Source: Nostoc sp. DedSLP01 (lineage in GTDB: Bacteria; Cyanobacteriota; Cyanobacteriia; Cyanobacteriales; Nostocaceae). From it: a DNA stretch of 64,000 nt. The position numbers were made by a program, and so were the translations under genes. The notes under the pieces were generated by a model. The model did no database searches and was not told the origin of the DNA. It was given only the letters and a program-made list of their open reading frames with translations. The DNA lies in the NCBI GenBank assembly GCA_034530875.2, contig JAVRCJ020000016.1, forward strand, positions 131,984 to 195,983, given 5' to 3'. Positions 27,787 to 38,902 of the stretch are shown here, piece by piece; position 1 is the first letter of the stretch; each line of letters begins with the position of its first letter.

Positions 27787-30180
27787 TTAAACAACGACAA
27801 AATTGCTGCTGGTTAATGACAATCCAGCAGTAAGTAAAGCAAATTGTACCTTGGCGAACCCACCCGCACTACCATCAGAGTCAAAGAACAATGCACCTGT
27901 AGTTGAGTTATAAATAAATCGCTGACTACTTGTGGTTGCAGATGTACCGATGGTAAATTGACTAGCTTTGAGTACGCCTAGCGATAAGTCGCCACCAAAA
28001 CCGCTAGCTGATACCTGAATCGCTTCATTAGTGGGGTTAAAGTCAAAAATGCGATCGCTACCTTCATTGAAACCATTAAAACTAAAGGTATCAATGCCAG
28101 CTCCTCCAATTAGGGTATCATTACCGCCCTGACCTGTAAGGGTATCGTTGCCATTGTTCCCCACAATGGAGTCATTGTACTGTGTACCTCGGATATTTAA
28201 TCGTTCGATATTCTTGTAGCTAACCGATTCCGTACCTGCTTTAATTGAGCCACTGTTATTAGTGGCATTAAATGTCGTTGTGATACTTTCGCTAGCATAT
28301 AGGTAACCGACAGACAATATATCATCACCCTGACCACCATCTATCGTATCTTTGCCGCGATCGCCTGGGTTGAGTGTATCGTTGCCATTGTTCCCCGCAA
28401 TGAAGTCATTGTAATCTGTACCTCGGATATTTAATCGTTCGATATTCTTGTAGCTAACCGATTGCGTACCTGCTTTAATTGAGCCACTGTTATTAGTGGC
28501 ATTAAATGTCGTTGTGATTCCTTTGCTAGGAGATACGTAATCGACAAACAATAATATATCATCACCCTGACCACCATCTATCGTATCTTTACCGCCACCG
28601 CCTGGGTTGAGTGTATCGTTGCCATTACTCCCTACGATGGAGTCATTGTAACCTGTACCTTGGATATTTAATCGTTCGATATTCTTGTAACTAAAGTGAT
28701 ACGTGCCTGCCGTAATTGAGCCAACCTTAGTAGTGGCATTGAAATTCGAGGTGATTCGTCGAGTAAAACTCCCGTAATCGCCAGACAACAAATCGTCACC
28801 TTTTCCTCCATCTATCGTTTGAGTTGCTAAATAAGAGGGGGTCTTATATGAGGTTTGTACATAGAAGGAATCATTGCCATCCCCACCAGAGAGTAAATTA
28901 TTACCTGTTGAATCTTTAATATCAAAGTAATCGTTACCAGCGCCTCCGTTGAGGGTGTTATCTCCTGAGGCTGGTTCGTAGCCTCTGTAGCTGAAGCCAG
29001 ACGCAATCAGAGTATCATTGCCATCTCCGCCATTTAAGAGATTGTCGCCTCTTGAATTGTAAACATCCAGCGTATCGTCACCATTGCCACCGTTAAGGGT
29101 GTTATTACTATCTTTTCCGTAGTCGTCGTTGGGGCCATCGGCTGATAGAATATCATTGCCATCGCCCCCATCTAGCAGATTATTGCCTGCTGAATAGTCA
29201 GCATTCAAGTAATCGTTGCCAGCACCACCAATGAGTGTGTTATTGCCAGACACGCCGGTATAGGGAATATATCCTGGACCGTAGCTGTAGTCGCCGTTGT
29301 TGTAGTCAGACGCACTAAGAGTATCATCGCCATTACCCCCAGAGAGCAGATTATTACCTGTTGAATAGTCAACATTTAAGTAATCGTTACCATTGCCACC
29401 GTTGAGAGTGTTTTTACCTGTGCTGCCAGGGATATAAACGGTGTAACCATCGTAGTCGCCAGAGGCGAAGAGAGAATCATTACCATCGTCACCATTAAGT
29501 AAATTATTGCCTGTTGAATACTTAACATTTAAGTAATCGCTATCAGCACCACCGTTGAGGGTGTTATTGCCAGCACCACCCCGCAGCAAATCATTGCCAC
29601 TTAAGCCATCGATTTTGTCATTACCGCCTTGACCATTAATGACATCATCCGAGCTGTCTAAACCTGTAATGTTGTTGTCTAGGTCATTGAGGAAGGTTAC
29701 AGTGTTCTTGATGCCGATGCTCGTTTCAGTAGAGTTGGCATTAAAGACATCAAAGCTGTCGGTAATGCTAGTTTGCCCATCAAATAAGATATTGCCTATA
29801 GCTGGTCTTGTAACAGAAGCTTTCAGGTTTTCTAAGTCTTCTAATTTGAAGTTTTGCAGAATCAGTTTTGTACCATTTATTCTTTCAAAACTGATTTCTA
29901 AGTTTGTGCCATTTTGGGCAAGCAACAAATTTCGTGCAGTCAACCCTTCCCCAATGAATTTAATCGTATCAACTTCGGCGATGACTGCTGCTGTTGGGTT
30001 TGTACCTTTACCCACGCCACCGAAATCTGTAATTGTATCCTTGCCATCACCCAAGTTATAAACAAATGTATCTTTGCTACCGCCACCAGTTAGCGTATCG
30101 TTGCCGAGTTGACCGTTAATTGTATCGCTGTTAGTGCCCAGTAGGGTATCGTTACCGTCGCTTCCAATGATATTTGCCAT
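27787..30180 (-). CDS. Large RTX calcium-binding secreted protein (copy 1)
   Basis: Many GGxGND repeats, three ~80-aa modules ending YKNIERLNI, C-terminal FIYNSTTGALFFDSDG domain. Confidence 0.95.
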   Translation of the reverse strand: MANIIGSDGNDTLLGTNSDTINGQLGNDTLTGGGSKDTFVYNLGDGKDTITDFGGVGKGTNPTAAVIAEVDTIKFIGEGLTARNLLLAQNGTNLEISFERINGTKLILQNFKLEDLENLKASVTRPAIGNILFDGQTSITDSFDVFNANSTETSIGIKNTVTFLNDLDNNITGLDSSDDVINGQGGNDKIDGLSGNDLLRGGAGNNTLNGGADSDYLNVKYSTGNNLLNGDDGNDSLFASGDYDGYTVYIPGSTGKNTLNGGNGNDYLNVDYSTGNNLLSGGNGDDTLSASDYNNGDYSYGPGYIPYTGVSGNNTLIGGAGNDYLNADYSAGNNLLDGGDGNDILSADGPNDDYGKDSNNTLNGGNGDDTLDVYNSRGDNLLNGGDGNDTLIASGFSYRGYEPASGDNTLNGGAGNDYFDIKDSTGNNLLSGGDGNDSFYVQTSYKTPSYLATQTIDGGKGDDLLSGDYGSFTRRITSNFNATTKVGSITAGTYHFSYKNIERLNIQGTGYNDSIVGSNGNDTLNPGGGGKDTIDGGQGDDILLFVDYVSPSKGITTTFNATNNSGSIKAGTQSVSYKNIERLNIRGTDYNDFIAGNNGNDTLNPGDRGKDTIDGGQGDDILSVGYLYASESITTTFNATNNSGSIKAGTESVSYKNIERLNIRGTQYNDSIVGNNGNDTLTGQGGNDTLIGGAGIDTFSFNGFNEGSDRIFDFNPTNEAIQVSASGFGGDLSLGVLKASQFTIGTSATTSSQRFIYNSTTGALFFDSDGSAGGFAKVQFALLTAGLSLTSSNFVVV

Positions 30181-30838
30181 TACTTTTTCCTACCTTTATC
30201 GATTTTTGCAGTAAATTTTCAAGTTGTTGTTAGCGTTATTTGAGCGTATTAAAAGTCGCCGAGAGTATTATCTTTCGGCATACTTTATATCACCTTGGGG
30301 AATTACGAATTTTTGATGCTAATCTCCTTTTGAGTTGCTTGCAAGTACTATTTATCGAACTATTGAGGATGATCTACGTCTTAAGCACCTTACAAATTTA
30401 TGAGGATGTAGATTCACAAAAACAAATAATTTCACAGATGTTTCAAGCATCCTCAATTAGTGTATTGGGAAGTATTTAGCACAGACATTGCTGAACAAGG
30501 ATTAAAAGCCAAGCTGCAATATTCCAAACGGAAACTCGATAGTTTGGTTGGTTCAATGCTTAAGTCGTACTAGTTTGGAAATAGGGAACACTTGACAGGG
30601 ATAGGAGAAATAACCTGTATGCCTTTTTTGTGAGCGATGCCTTCTCTTTGGGAGACGCTAGTGCGTAGCTTGCTTCTCCGTAGGAATACGCCAACGCTCT
30701 TGGGTATTTGGCTTCTAAATAGGGAATGTTTCAGATTGTATTATACTAACTCAATCTAAAACATTTACTTACATTTGTCGATTGAGGCAGATAACTTTGT
30801 ATATTCTTTATATTAATTGCTTGTAAATCTATACATGA
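30176..30838. repeat. Duplicated upstream region of the RTX genes (matches ~34164-34828)
   Basis: Near-identical ~660-bp non-coding blocks. Confidence 0.92.
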
Positions 30839-30919
30839 GTCTCTAACGAAGGCGCAGGGAAGGGCGAAAGAAACAAGTCAAATCCTCTTCTCTCCTGACT
30901 TGTAAGTAGGGAGTAGGGG

Positions 30920-31100
30920 GAATGGCACTAAGATATCGGCAAATTCACTATTCATAAGGATGAGTGGGTGTGGGGTGTAGTGAGGAAGAGATTTATTTGT
31001 GTCTTTACTCATATTTACTTTTCTTGATTTTTCCCTACACCCTACACCCTACACCCTACACCCTGCCCAAACGAGGTTCCACGTTTTCTTAGTGCCATTC
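30920..31100. mobile_element. MITE (181 bp) with 11-bp target duplication
   Basis: Perfect 14-bp TIR GAATGGCACTAAGA, with GGGAGTAGGGG at 30909-30919 and 31101-31111. Absent from the paralogous region near 34830. Confidence 0.92.
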
Positions 31101-31444
31101 GGGAGTAGGGGAAAGACCACTTTACATACTTGGTGGTGAAACTTGTTTCATCAAGACTGCCTCCTGCCTTCTTTCTTAGGAGTACTCAACTAGCCAAAAT
31201 ATTTGCCAAAACCACTGGTTATATATACTCTCATGAGATAAAAATAGATATTTTTTTTAGCGATGCCTAGCATTTTTGCTACCTGACATCATGAGAAAAA
31301 TAAATTCTATCTAAACCAGAATTGTTATCGATCGCTAAATTATCAACCCACAGATAGATGTAATGCAAGGTGCAATTTTAGACACCCCGCATTATCAAGA
31401 TTTATGATCTTGCTTATTGCTCAGTAATAAAACCCTAATTACTT

Positions 31445-34168
31445 TTAAACAACTACAAAATTGTTGCTGGTTAATGACAACCCAGCAGTAAGTAAAGCAA
31501 TTTGTACTTTGGTGAACCCACTTGCACTACCATCAGAGTCAAAGAACAATGCACCTGTAGTGGAGTTATAAATAAATCGCTGACTAGTTGTGGTTGCAGA
31601 TGTACCGATGGTAAATTGACTAGCTTTGAGTACGCCTAGCGATAAGCCGCCACCAAAACCGCTAGCTGATACCTGAATCGCTTCATTAGTGGGGTTAAAG
31701 TCAAAAATGCGATCGCTACCTTCATTGAAACTATTGAAAACAAAGGTATCAGTACCAGTTCCTCCATACAGGCGATCGTTACCTTTGCCGCCTATAAGGG
31801 TATCATTGCCATTTCCACCTTTGAGGGTATTCTTACCAGTGGCACCAGAGGCTATGAGAATATCGTTGCTATCGCCACCATTAAGTAGATTATCGCCTGA
31901 TGAAAGGGTAATATCCAAGCGATCGCTACCTGCACCACCGTTAAGGGTGTTATTACCCAAGACACCACCAACTACGTAAGAATCAGAAGCAAACAGAGAA
32001 TCATTGCCATCGCCACCAGAGAGCAAGTTATTACCATCTGATAAGTTAATAACTAAATTATCGTCCCCACTGCCACCATTGAGAGTGTTATTGCCAGAGG
32101 CATAAGCTATCGAGATCCCACCTCGGTTTTCGTAGATGTCCCCAATGACACTAAGATAATCATTGCCATTGCCACCAAACAGCAGGTTATTGCCTGATGA
32201 GCGGTCACCACTTAAGCTATCGTTACCACCACCGCCGTTGAGGGTATCATTGCCGCTACCACCCCCGTAGAGAGTATCATTGCCATTACTCCCCACAATA
32301 TAGTCATGCTTCTCGAAGGAACCGGAGATATTTAATTGTTCGATATTTTTGTAACTAACCTGATTTTTACCTGCTGTAATTGAGCCAGTGTTAGTAGTTG
32401 CATTGTAAGTGGAAGCGATCGCCTCATTGCCGGAAAAAGTCAGCAAATCTTGGCCTTTGCCACCATCTATCGTGTTATTACCATTGCCTGCAATTATTGA
32501 ATCGTTACCAGCGCCACCGTTGAGGGTATCATTACCTGCACCGCCAGTAATCGTATCATTGCCATTGCCCCCTACAATATAGTCATCGTAGGAGGAACCT
32601 ACGATATATAATTGTTCGATGTTCTTGTAACTAACTCGATTTGTACCTGCTGTAATTGAGCCAGTGTTAGTAGTCGCATTGTAAGTTGAAGCGATCGCAT
32701 CATTAGTGTAAAAAGTCAACAAAACACTCAAAAAATCCTCACCTTTACCGCCATCTATCGTATCATTGCCAGAGATTGGCTCTATTGTATCGTTGCCATT
32801 GCTCCCCACAATATAGTCATCAGACCGCGTGCCTGTAATTGATAATTGTTCGATATTCTTGTAGTTAAGCCGATTTGTACTCGTTTTAATCGATCCAGTG
32901 TTAGTAGCAGCGTCGAAAGTTGCAGTCATTCCCCCGGTAGGATCGTTAGACGAGACGTTCAACAAATCCTTACCATTCCCCCCATCTACTGTTTGAGTTA
33001 CTGAGGAAGAGAGAGAAGGATATAAGAGCAAACTCAAGGAATCATTGCCATCTCCTCCATTGAGGATATTATTGCCAAACCCTTTATCTTCGTTACTCCC
33101 AATGATAGAAATAAAATCATTGCCATCCCCTCCATTGAGGATATTATCGCCTGTTAAATTGATAAGATTCAACGTATCATCACCTGCACCACCATTGAGA
33201 GTATTATTGCCGGGGGCAAAAGAGTTGAAGTCCCGATCGTCGTTAGAGAGAGAATCATTACCATCCCCTCCATTAAGCAGATTATCACCTGTTGAAAAGC
33301 TGGTATTCAAAGTATCGTCACCAGCACCACCGTTGAGAGTGTTACTACCAGAGGAGTTCGAGGCAAAGAGGCTATCGTTGCCATTGCCCCCATTAAGCAG
33401 GTTATTACCTGTTAAAGCAGCCAACAAAGTATCATTACCAGCGTCACCGTTGAGGATGTTATTACCTATTGAATACTGAGGACTCAAAAAATCGTTACCT
33501 TCACCACCAAAAATAGTATCATTGCCATTGTTCGTAGAATCCCCACTATAGTTGCTCCCCAAAAGGAAATCATCACCATTGCTCCCTACAATATAGTCAT
33601 CAAAGAGGGTGCCTATGATTGATAAATGTTCGATATTTTTGTAGTTAATCTGATTATTAGCTACCGTAATTGAGCCAGTGTTAGTAGCAGAATTGAAAGT
33701 CGAAGTGATTCCCCCGATAGCAATACTATCTAGATACAATTCATCATCACCAGTCCCTCCGTCTATCGTTTGAGTTATTAAAAAAGAGGAACCAGTATGT
33801 GGAGTGTAGAAAGTGAATTTGTCATTGCCATCCCCTCCATTTAGAGTATTTTTACCTTGAACTCTATCACTGTAAAAGTAATCATCACCATCTTTGCCTG
33901 AGAGCGTGTTGTTGCCAGTAGAGTAGCTAATATCAAGGTAGTCATTCCCTGCATCTCCAATGAGAATGTTATTTCCAGAAGAATAGGAAGCATCTAGGGT
34001 ATCATTACCTACACCACCCATGAGAGTATTGTTGCCGGCACCACCTGTTAAGGTGTCGTCGCCTCCATTACCTGTGATGACATCATTCCCGGCTTTACCA
34101 TCAATTGTATCTGCACTGTCAGTACCCACGAGAGTGTCATTCGCCTTGGTTCCAATGATATTTACCAT
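31445..34168 (-). CDS. Large RTX calcium-binding secreted protein (copy 2)
   Basis: GGxGND repeats, four YKNIE modules, C-terminus almost identical to copy 1. Confidence 0.95.
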   Translation of the reverse strand: MVNIIGTKANDTLVGTDSADTIDGKAGNDVITGNGGDDTLTGGAGNNTLMGGVGNDTLDASYSSGNNILIGDAGNDYLDISYSTGNNTLSGKDGDDYFYSDRVQGKNTLNGGDGNDKFTFYTPHTGSSFLITQTIDGGTGDDELYLDSIAIGGITSTFNSATNTGSITVANNQINYKNIEHLSIIGTLFDDYIVGSNGDDFLLGSNYSGDSTNNGNDTIFGGEGNDFLSPQYSIGNNILNGDAGNDTLLAALTGNNLLNGGNGNDSLFASNSSGSNTLNGGAGDDTLNTSFSTGDNLLNGGDGNDSLSNDDRDFNSFAPGNNTLNGGAGDDTLNLINLTGDNILNGGDGNDFISIIGSNEDKGFGNNILNGGDGNDSLSLLLYPSLSSSVTQTVDGGNGKDLLNVSSNDPTGGMTATFDAATNTGSIKTSTNRLNYKNIEQLSITGTRSDDYIVGSNGNDTIEPISGNDTIDGGKGEDFLSVLLTFYTNDAIASTYNATTNTGSITAGTNRVSYKNIEQLYIVGSSYDDYIVGGNGNDTITGGAGNDTLNGGAGNDSIIAGNGNNTIDGGKGQDLLTFSGNEAIASTYNATTNTGSITAGKNQVSYKNIEQLNISGSFEKHDYIVGSNGNDTLYGGGSGNDTLNGGGGNDSLSGDRSSGNNLLFGGNGNDYLSVIGDIYENRGGISIAYASGNNTLNGGSGDDNLVINLSDGNNLLSGGDGNDSLFASDSYVVGGVLGNNTLNGGAGSDRLDITLSSGDNLLNGGDSNDILIASGATGKNTLKGGNGNDTLIGGKGNDRLYGGTGTDTFVFNSFNEGSDRIFDFNPTNEAIQVSASGFGGGLSLGVLKASQFTIGTSATTTSQRFIYNSTTGALFFDSDGSASGFTKVQIALLTAGLSLTSNNFVVV

Positions 34169-35077
34169 TACTTTTTCCTACCTTTATCGATTGTTGCAGT
34201 GAATTTTCAAGTTGTTATTAACGCTGTTTGAGCGCACTAAAAGTCGCCGAGAGCATTATCTTTCGGCATACTTTATATCGCCTTGGAGGATTACGAATTT
34301 TTGATGCTAATCTCCTTTTGACTTGCTTGCAAGTACTATTTTTCCAACTATTGAGGGCTATCTACGTCTTAAGCGTTGTACACATCAATAAGGATATAGA
34401 TTGACAGAGAAAAACAACTAGTTTCATAGCTGTTTCAAGCATCCTCAATTAGTGTATTGGGAAGTATTTAGCACAGACATTGCCGAACAAGGATTGAAAA
34501 GCCGAACTGCAATGCTCCAAACCAAAACTCTATCGTTTGGCTGGTTCAATGCCTAAGTCGTACTAGTTTGGAAATAGAGAACACTTGATAGGGATAGGAG
34601 AAATAACCTGTATGCCTTTTTTCTGGGCGATGCCTTCTCTTTGGGAGACGCTAGTGCGTAGCTTGCTTCTCTGTAGGAGTACGCCAACGCTTTTGGGTAT
34701 TTGGCTTCCAAATAGGAAATGTTTCAGATTGTATTATACTAACTCAATCTAAAACATTTACTTACATTTCTCGATGAAGGCAGATAACTTTGTATATTCT
34801 TTATATTAATTGCTTTTAAATCTATACATCAGTACTCAACTTTGTATATTCTTTATATTTTCCAAACCAAAATATTTGCAAAAACTACTGGGTAGATATA
34901 CTCTGATGAGATAAAAATAGATATTTTGTTTAGCGATGCCTAGCATTTTTGCTACCTGACATCATGAGAAAAATAAATTCTATCTCAACCAGAGTTGTTA
35001 TCGATTGCTAAATTATCAACCCACAGATAGATGTAATGCGAGGTGCCATTTTAGGCACTTCGCATTATCAAGATTTA

Positions 35078-35190
35078 GGCGTTGGATAATTGCAGGATGA
35101 TTTATGTCACGCAGAGGCGCAGAGACGCAGAGAGTATAAGGAGTTTTAGATTCTAATACATCAAATTTCATCCCATGATTCAGCAACGCC
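35078..35190. mobile_element. MITE (113 bp) with 8-bp target duplication
   Basis: GGCGTTG...CAACGCC ends, with AAGATTTA at 35070-35077 and 35191-35198. The empty site is visible at 31397-31404. Confidence 0.92.
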
Positions 35191-35238
35191 AAGATTTATG
35201 ATGTTGCTTATTGCTCAGTAATAAAATCCTAATTACTT

Positions 35239-35510
35239 TTAAACAACTACAAAATTGTTGCTGGTTAATGACAACCCAGCGGTAAGTAAAGCAATTTGTA
35301 CCTTGGTGAACCCACTCGCACTACCATCAGAGTCAAAGAACAATGCACCTGTAGTCGAGTTATAAATAAATCGCTGACTACTTGTGGTTGCAGATGTACC
35401 GATGGTAAATTGACTAGCTTTGAGTACGCCTAGCGATAAGCCGCCACTAAAAGCAAAATCCGATACTTGGATCTTTTCATTAGTGGGGTTAAAGTCAAAA
35501 ATGCGATCGC
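35239..35510 (-). pseudogene. 3' remnant of a third RTX gene copy
   Basis: Encodes DRIFDFNPTNE...LTSNNFVVV* with no start. Homology stops at GCGATCGC (35503-35510). Confidence 0.92.
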
Positions 35511-35635
35511 AGCATTTGCAAACATATTTTACTACTTAAGATGAATTTCAGTTAAACAAATTTGTATTTAAGATTACAAGTGCTGAAATACTGATTTCGC
35601 AGGTAATTAATTTCGCCTGCCACTAAGGAGAAACA

Positions 35636-36577
35636 ATGATTTTACGTCAAAATCAACGGCTTGTAGGCGTATTTACTCATCGTCGAGATGTAGAACAGGC
35701 CTTACGTGAATTGAAAGCTTCTGGTTTAGCGATGGAGAAAGTATCTGTGGTTGTACAGAACGCAGACCGCGATCGTGACATTGCTAATGATGATAAAGCT
35801 GACGAAGGTGCAACAGTAGGAGGACTTTCAGGGGGTGCTGTTGGCGGTTTGACTGGTTTATTGGTAGGTCTTGGGACTTTAGCAATCCCTGGAGTGGGGC
35901 CAATAATGCTGGCTGGGGCAGCGGCAACTGCTTTGGTTACAACCCTTGTAGGAGCTGGTATCGGTGCTGCTACTGGGACTTTTGCTGGTGCATTAGTTGG
36001 TTGGGGAATGTCGGAAGAACAAGCTAGAGCATATAACGAGCGAGTAGAGGACGGACACTATTTAATAATTGTTGATTGTACATCTTTACAAATTCCTCAA
36101 GTCGAAGCTATTTTGCAGCGTTGGGGTATTGAAGAGTTAGGCATTTACGAGCATCTCAACAGTGAGTATGAAACTACAAATGATTTGAATGCGACGACTT
36201 CTGCTGCTGCAATTCCTAACAAGGTGGGAATTCTGACCAAGTATGCTATCAATTACTTCGATCGCATAGATAATGCTGAAGCAGCAATTAACGATATGCT
36301 TGTCGCAGGTTTTCCAGTCAGCCAGATTTCCTTAATTAGCAAAGGCTTTCCTCAATTGATTCGATCGACAGGTGTTATTTTAAGCGATCGCTTTGACGCA
36401 GTGAGGCTAGGAATACCAGATGAGTGGGCACGCTTTTACAACGAGCAAATTGAGCAAGGCAATTACATACTTATCGTTAGCGGCACAGATAATGAGCTTG
36501 ACTGCGCTGGCTTGATTCTGGGCAAGTATGGTATTCAAGAGTGCCAAATTTACGATCCGATGTTAATTCGTTCTTAA
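35636..36577 (+). CDS. General stress protein-like membrane protein (Gly/Ala-rich hairpin, duplicated small domain)
   Basis: VGVF..R..VEQALREL and GGLTGLLVGLGTLAIPGVGP; the G(M/I)xEExARxYNE motif occurs twice. Confidence 0.8.
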   Translation: MILRQNQRLVGVFTHRRDVEQALRELKASGLAMEKVSVVVQNADRDRDIANDDKADEGATVGGLSGGAVGGLTGLLVGLGTLAIPGVGPIMLAGAAATALVTTLVGAGIGAATGTFAGALVGWGMSEEQARAYNERVEDGHYLIIVDCTSLQIPQVEAILQRWGIEELGIYEHLNSEYETTNDLNATTSAAAIPNKVGILTKYAINYFDRIDNAEAAINDMLVAGFPVSQISLISKGFPQLIRSTGVILSDRFDAVRLGIPDEWARFYNEQIEQGNYILIVSGTDNELDCAGLILGKYGIQECQIYDPMLIRS

Positions 36578-36688
36578 AAGTGCGTGCTGCCATTGATATA
36601 GCGAACTTATACCAATTCGCAATTAATAAATGAGGAGTAGAGGTAGAATAATAACTCCTAACTCCTAACTCCTCACTCCCCTGTCTTT

Positions 36689-38902
36689 TTACAGCAGAAC
36701 TTTAGCTAAAATCGGTTCCACAGTTTTAGAAATCTCTGGGACATAGACTTGTGAAACGTAGTCAGCAATCATTCTGTCAGTATTGAATAACGGCGCATTT
36801 GTCTTAATCGACGTTTTCATCATCTGTATCCAGCGGTGGGGAATACCTTTAGCATCTTGGTCATAGTATAAAGGAACGATTTCTTCTTCCAAAAGCTGAT
36901 ACAGCGATTCCGAGTCAATGCGGTCTTGCAATACTTGGTCGCTAGTATGAGCATCTTCACCAATTGCCCAACCGTTAATTCCTTTGCCATCGCTTCCTGC
37001 TTGGTAACCTTCGCACCACCAGCCGTCAAGAACGCTGCAATTGAGACCGCCGTTAAAGCAGACTTTTTGCCCGCTTGTACCAGATGCTTCCAGGGGACGA
37101 CGCGGATTATTCAACCAAACATCAACACCTTGCACTAATTTTTGACCAGTGTAAATGTCGTAATCTTCAATAAAGGCGACTCGGTTAATAATGCCGGAAT
37201 TGTGACACCATTCCATTAATCGCTGGATAATCCGCTTGCCTTCTTCATCTGCTGGGTGGGCTTTTCCGGCAAAGATAATTTGTACTGGGTGTGAGTTGTT
37301 GCCAAAAATCTTTAATGCCCGTTGGGCGTCGCGCAAAATCAGATCCCCACGTTTGTAAGGGCTAAAGCGTCTGGCAAATCCGATGGTTAACACATTGGGA
37401 TCGAGTAGCTTGTCGGTTGCTTGAATGAGTTCGTAACTTTCGCCGCGCAATTCCCGTGATTTCTTGATTTTATAACGGCTAAAAGCAATCAACCGTTCTT
37501 TGAGGATGAGATGCCGCGACCACAGTTCCTCATCGGGAATGTCGTCAACTTTAGCCCACATCTTGGGATCGACGGCACGAATTTTCCAGTCTTCTCCCAG
37601 ATATTGATTGTATAAGTCAGCCAATAGGGGTGCAGTCCAAGTGGGTGCATGAACGCCATTGGTAATATAACCAATTGGTACTGTATCTTCCGATCGCTGC
37701 GGATAGAGAACTGTCCACATCTTACGAGAAACTTGACCGTGTAATTCACTCACGCCATTACAAGCCCGGCACATCCGCAGTGCTAAAACTGTCATGCCAA
37801 AGGGTTCCCAAGGATCGCCCAATCGCCTAGCACCCAATGCCAAAAATTGCTCGCGGGAAAGTCGCAATTGCGGCCAGTAACTCGCAAAGAAGGAGTCTAT
37901 TAAATCTGGGGAGAAGACATCGTGACCGGCGGGAACGGGGGTATGGGTAGTAAATACGCAACTGTTCCGCACCTTGGCTTCGATGTCGTAGAAGGATTTG
38001 CCCGTGCGTTCTATTTCTAAGCGGGCAATTTCTAAGGTGCAAAATGCCGCGTGTCCTTCGTTGAGGTGATAGACGGAAGGTTGAATTCCCAAGGCATTCA
38101 AGGCACGGACGCCACCAATACCCAAAACAACTTCTTGAGCGATGCGGGTTTCTAAGTTACCACCATATAGGTGTCCTGTTAGCCAGCGGTCAATGGGATC
38201 GTTATCGTGGCGATCGCTATCTAATAAATATAATGTCACTCGCCCGACTTGCACTTGCCAAATTTGCACTTTTACAAGCCGCTGGCGGACTTGTAACTCG
38301 ATAGTCACCGCCTCCCCTTGGTCATTTTTAACTAACTCTAGGGGCATTTGCTGGAAGGCGTTGTCGATATAATAATCTTCTTGCCAACCGTGGCGGTTCA
38401 ACCGTTGCCGAAAATAACCTTGGCGATACAGCAAGCCCACAGCAACCATCGGTACGCCTAAATCCGATGATGATTTCAGGTGATCCCCAGCCAGAATGCC
38501 CAAGCCACCGGAGTAAACAGGTAGGGATTCGTGGATGCCAAATTCGGCGCAGAAATATGCAATGGGGTGTTCTCGGGATACTTGCGGTGCAACTCGACTT
38601 ACCCAAGTATCTTGCTGTGTAATATATTGGTCAAACTCACGCGCCAACGCGAATATCTGTTTGAGATAGGATGGATCTTCTGCTAATTGGGTGAGACGCT
38701 CGTAGGTTGCCGACTCTAAAATTGCTACTGGATTATGCCCGCAGCGTTCCCATTCTTGGGGATCGATGGTTTGGAATAAAGAAACGCGATCGCCACTCCA
38801 ACTCCACCAATAGTTATAAGCCAAATCTGCTAAACGTTTGAGTGGCAAAGGTAACTTTTCACTCAAACGTCGTGCTGCGGTTATTGCACTGCTATTAACC
38901 AT
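36689..38902 (-). CDS. glgP: Alpha-glucan (glycogen) phosphorylase
   Basis: YSGGLGILAGD, HLNEGH, FTTHTP, GKAHP, EASGTSGQK PLP site. Confidence 0.97.
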   Translation of the reverse strand: MVNSSAITAARRLSEKLPLPLKRLADLAYNYWWSWSGDRVSLFQTIDPQEWERCGHNPVAILESATYERLTQLAEDPSYLKQIFALAREFDQYITQQDTWVSRVAPQVSREHPIAYFCAEFGIHESLPVYSGGLGILAGDHLKSSSDLGVPMVAVGLLYRQGYFRQRLNRHGWQEDYYIDNAFQQMPLELVKNDQGEAVTIELQVRQRLVKVQIWQVQVGRVTLYLLDSDRHDNDPIDRWLTGHLYGGNLETRIAQEVVLGIGGVRALNALGIQPSVYHLNEGHAAFCTLEIARLEIERTGKSFYDIEAKVRNSCVFTTHTPVPAGHDVFSPDLIDSFFASYWPQLRLSREQFLALGARRLGDPWEPFGMTVLALRMCRACNGVSELHGQVSRKMWTVLYPQRSEDTVPIGYITNGVHAPTWTAPLLADLYNQYLGEDWKIRAVDPKMWAKVDDIPDEELWSRHLILKERLIAFSRYKIKKSRELRGESYELIQATDKLLDPNVLTIGFARRFSPYKRGDLILRDAQRALKIFGNNSHPVQIIFAGKAHPADEEGKRIIQRLMEWCHNSGIINRVAFIEDYDIYTGQKLVQGVDVWLNNPRRPLEASGTSGQKVCFNGGLNCSVLDGWWCEGYQAGSDGKGINGWAIGEDAHTSDQVLQDRIDSESLYQLLEEEIVPLYYDQDAKGIPHRWIQMMKTSIKTNAPLFNTDRMIADYVSQVYVPEISKTVEPILAKVLL

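Noticed and set aside
28140..28625. Near-identical ~240-bp repeats as a diversity-generating retroelement TR/VR pair
   Set aside because: Both copies are in-frame coding modules, the mismatches are not adenine-specific and include an indel, and there is no reverse transcriptase in the window.
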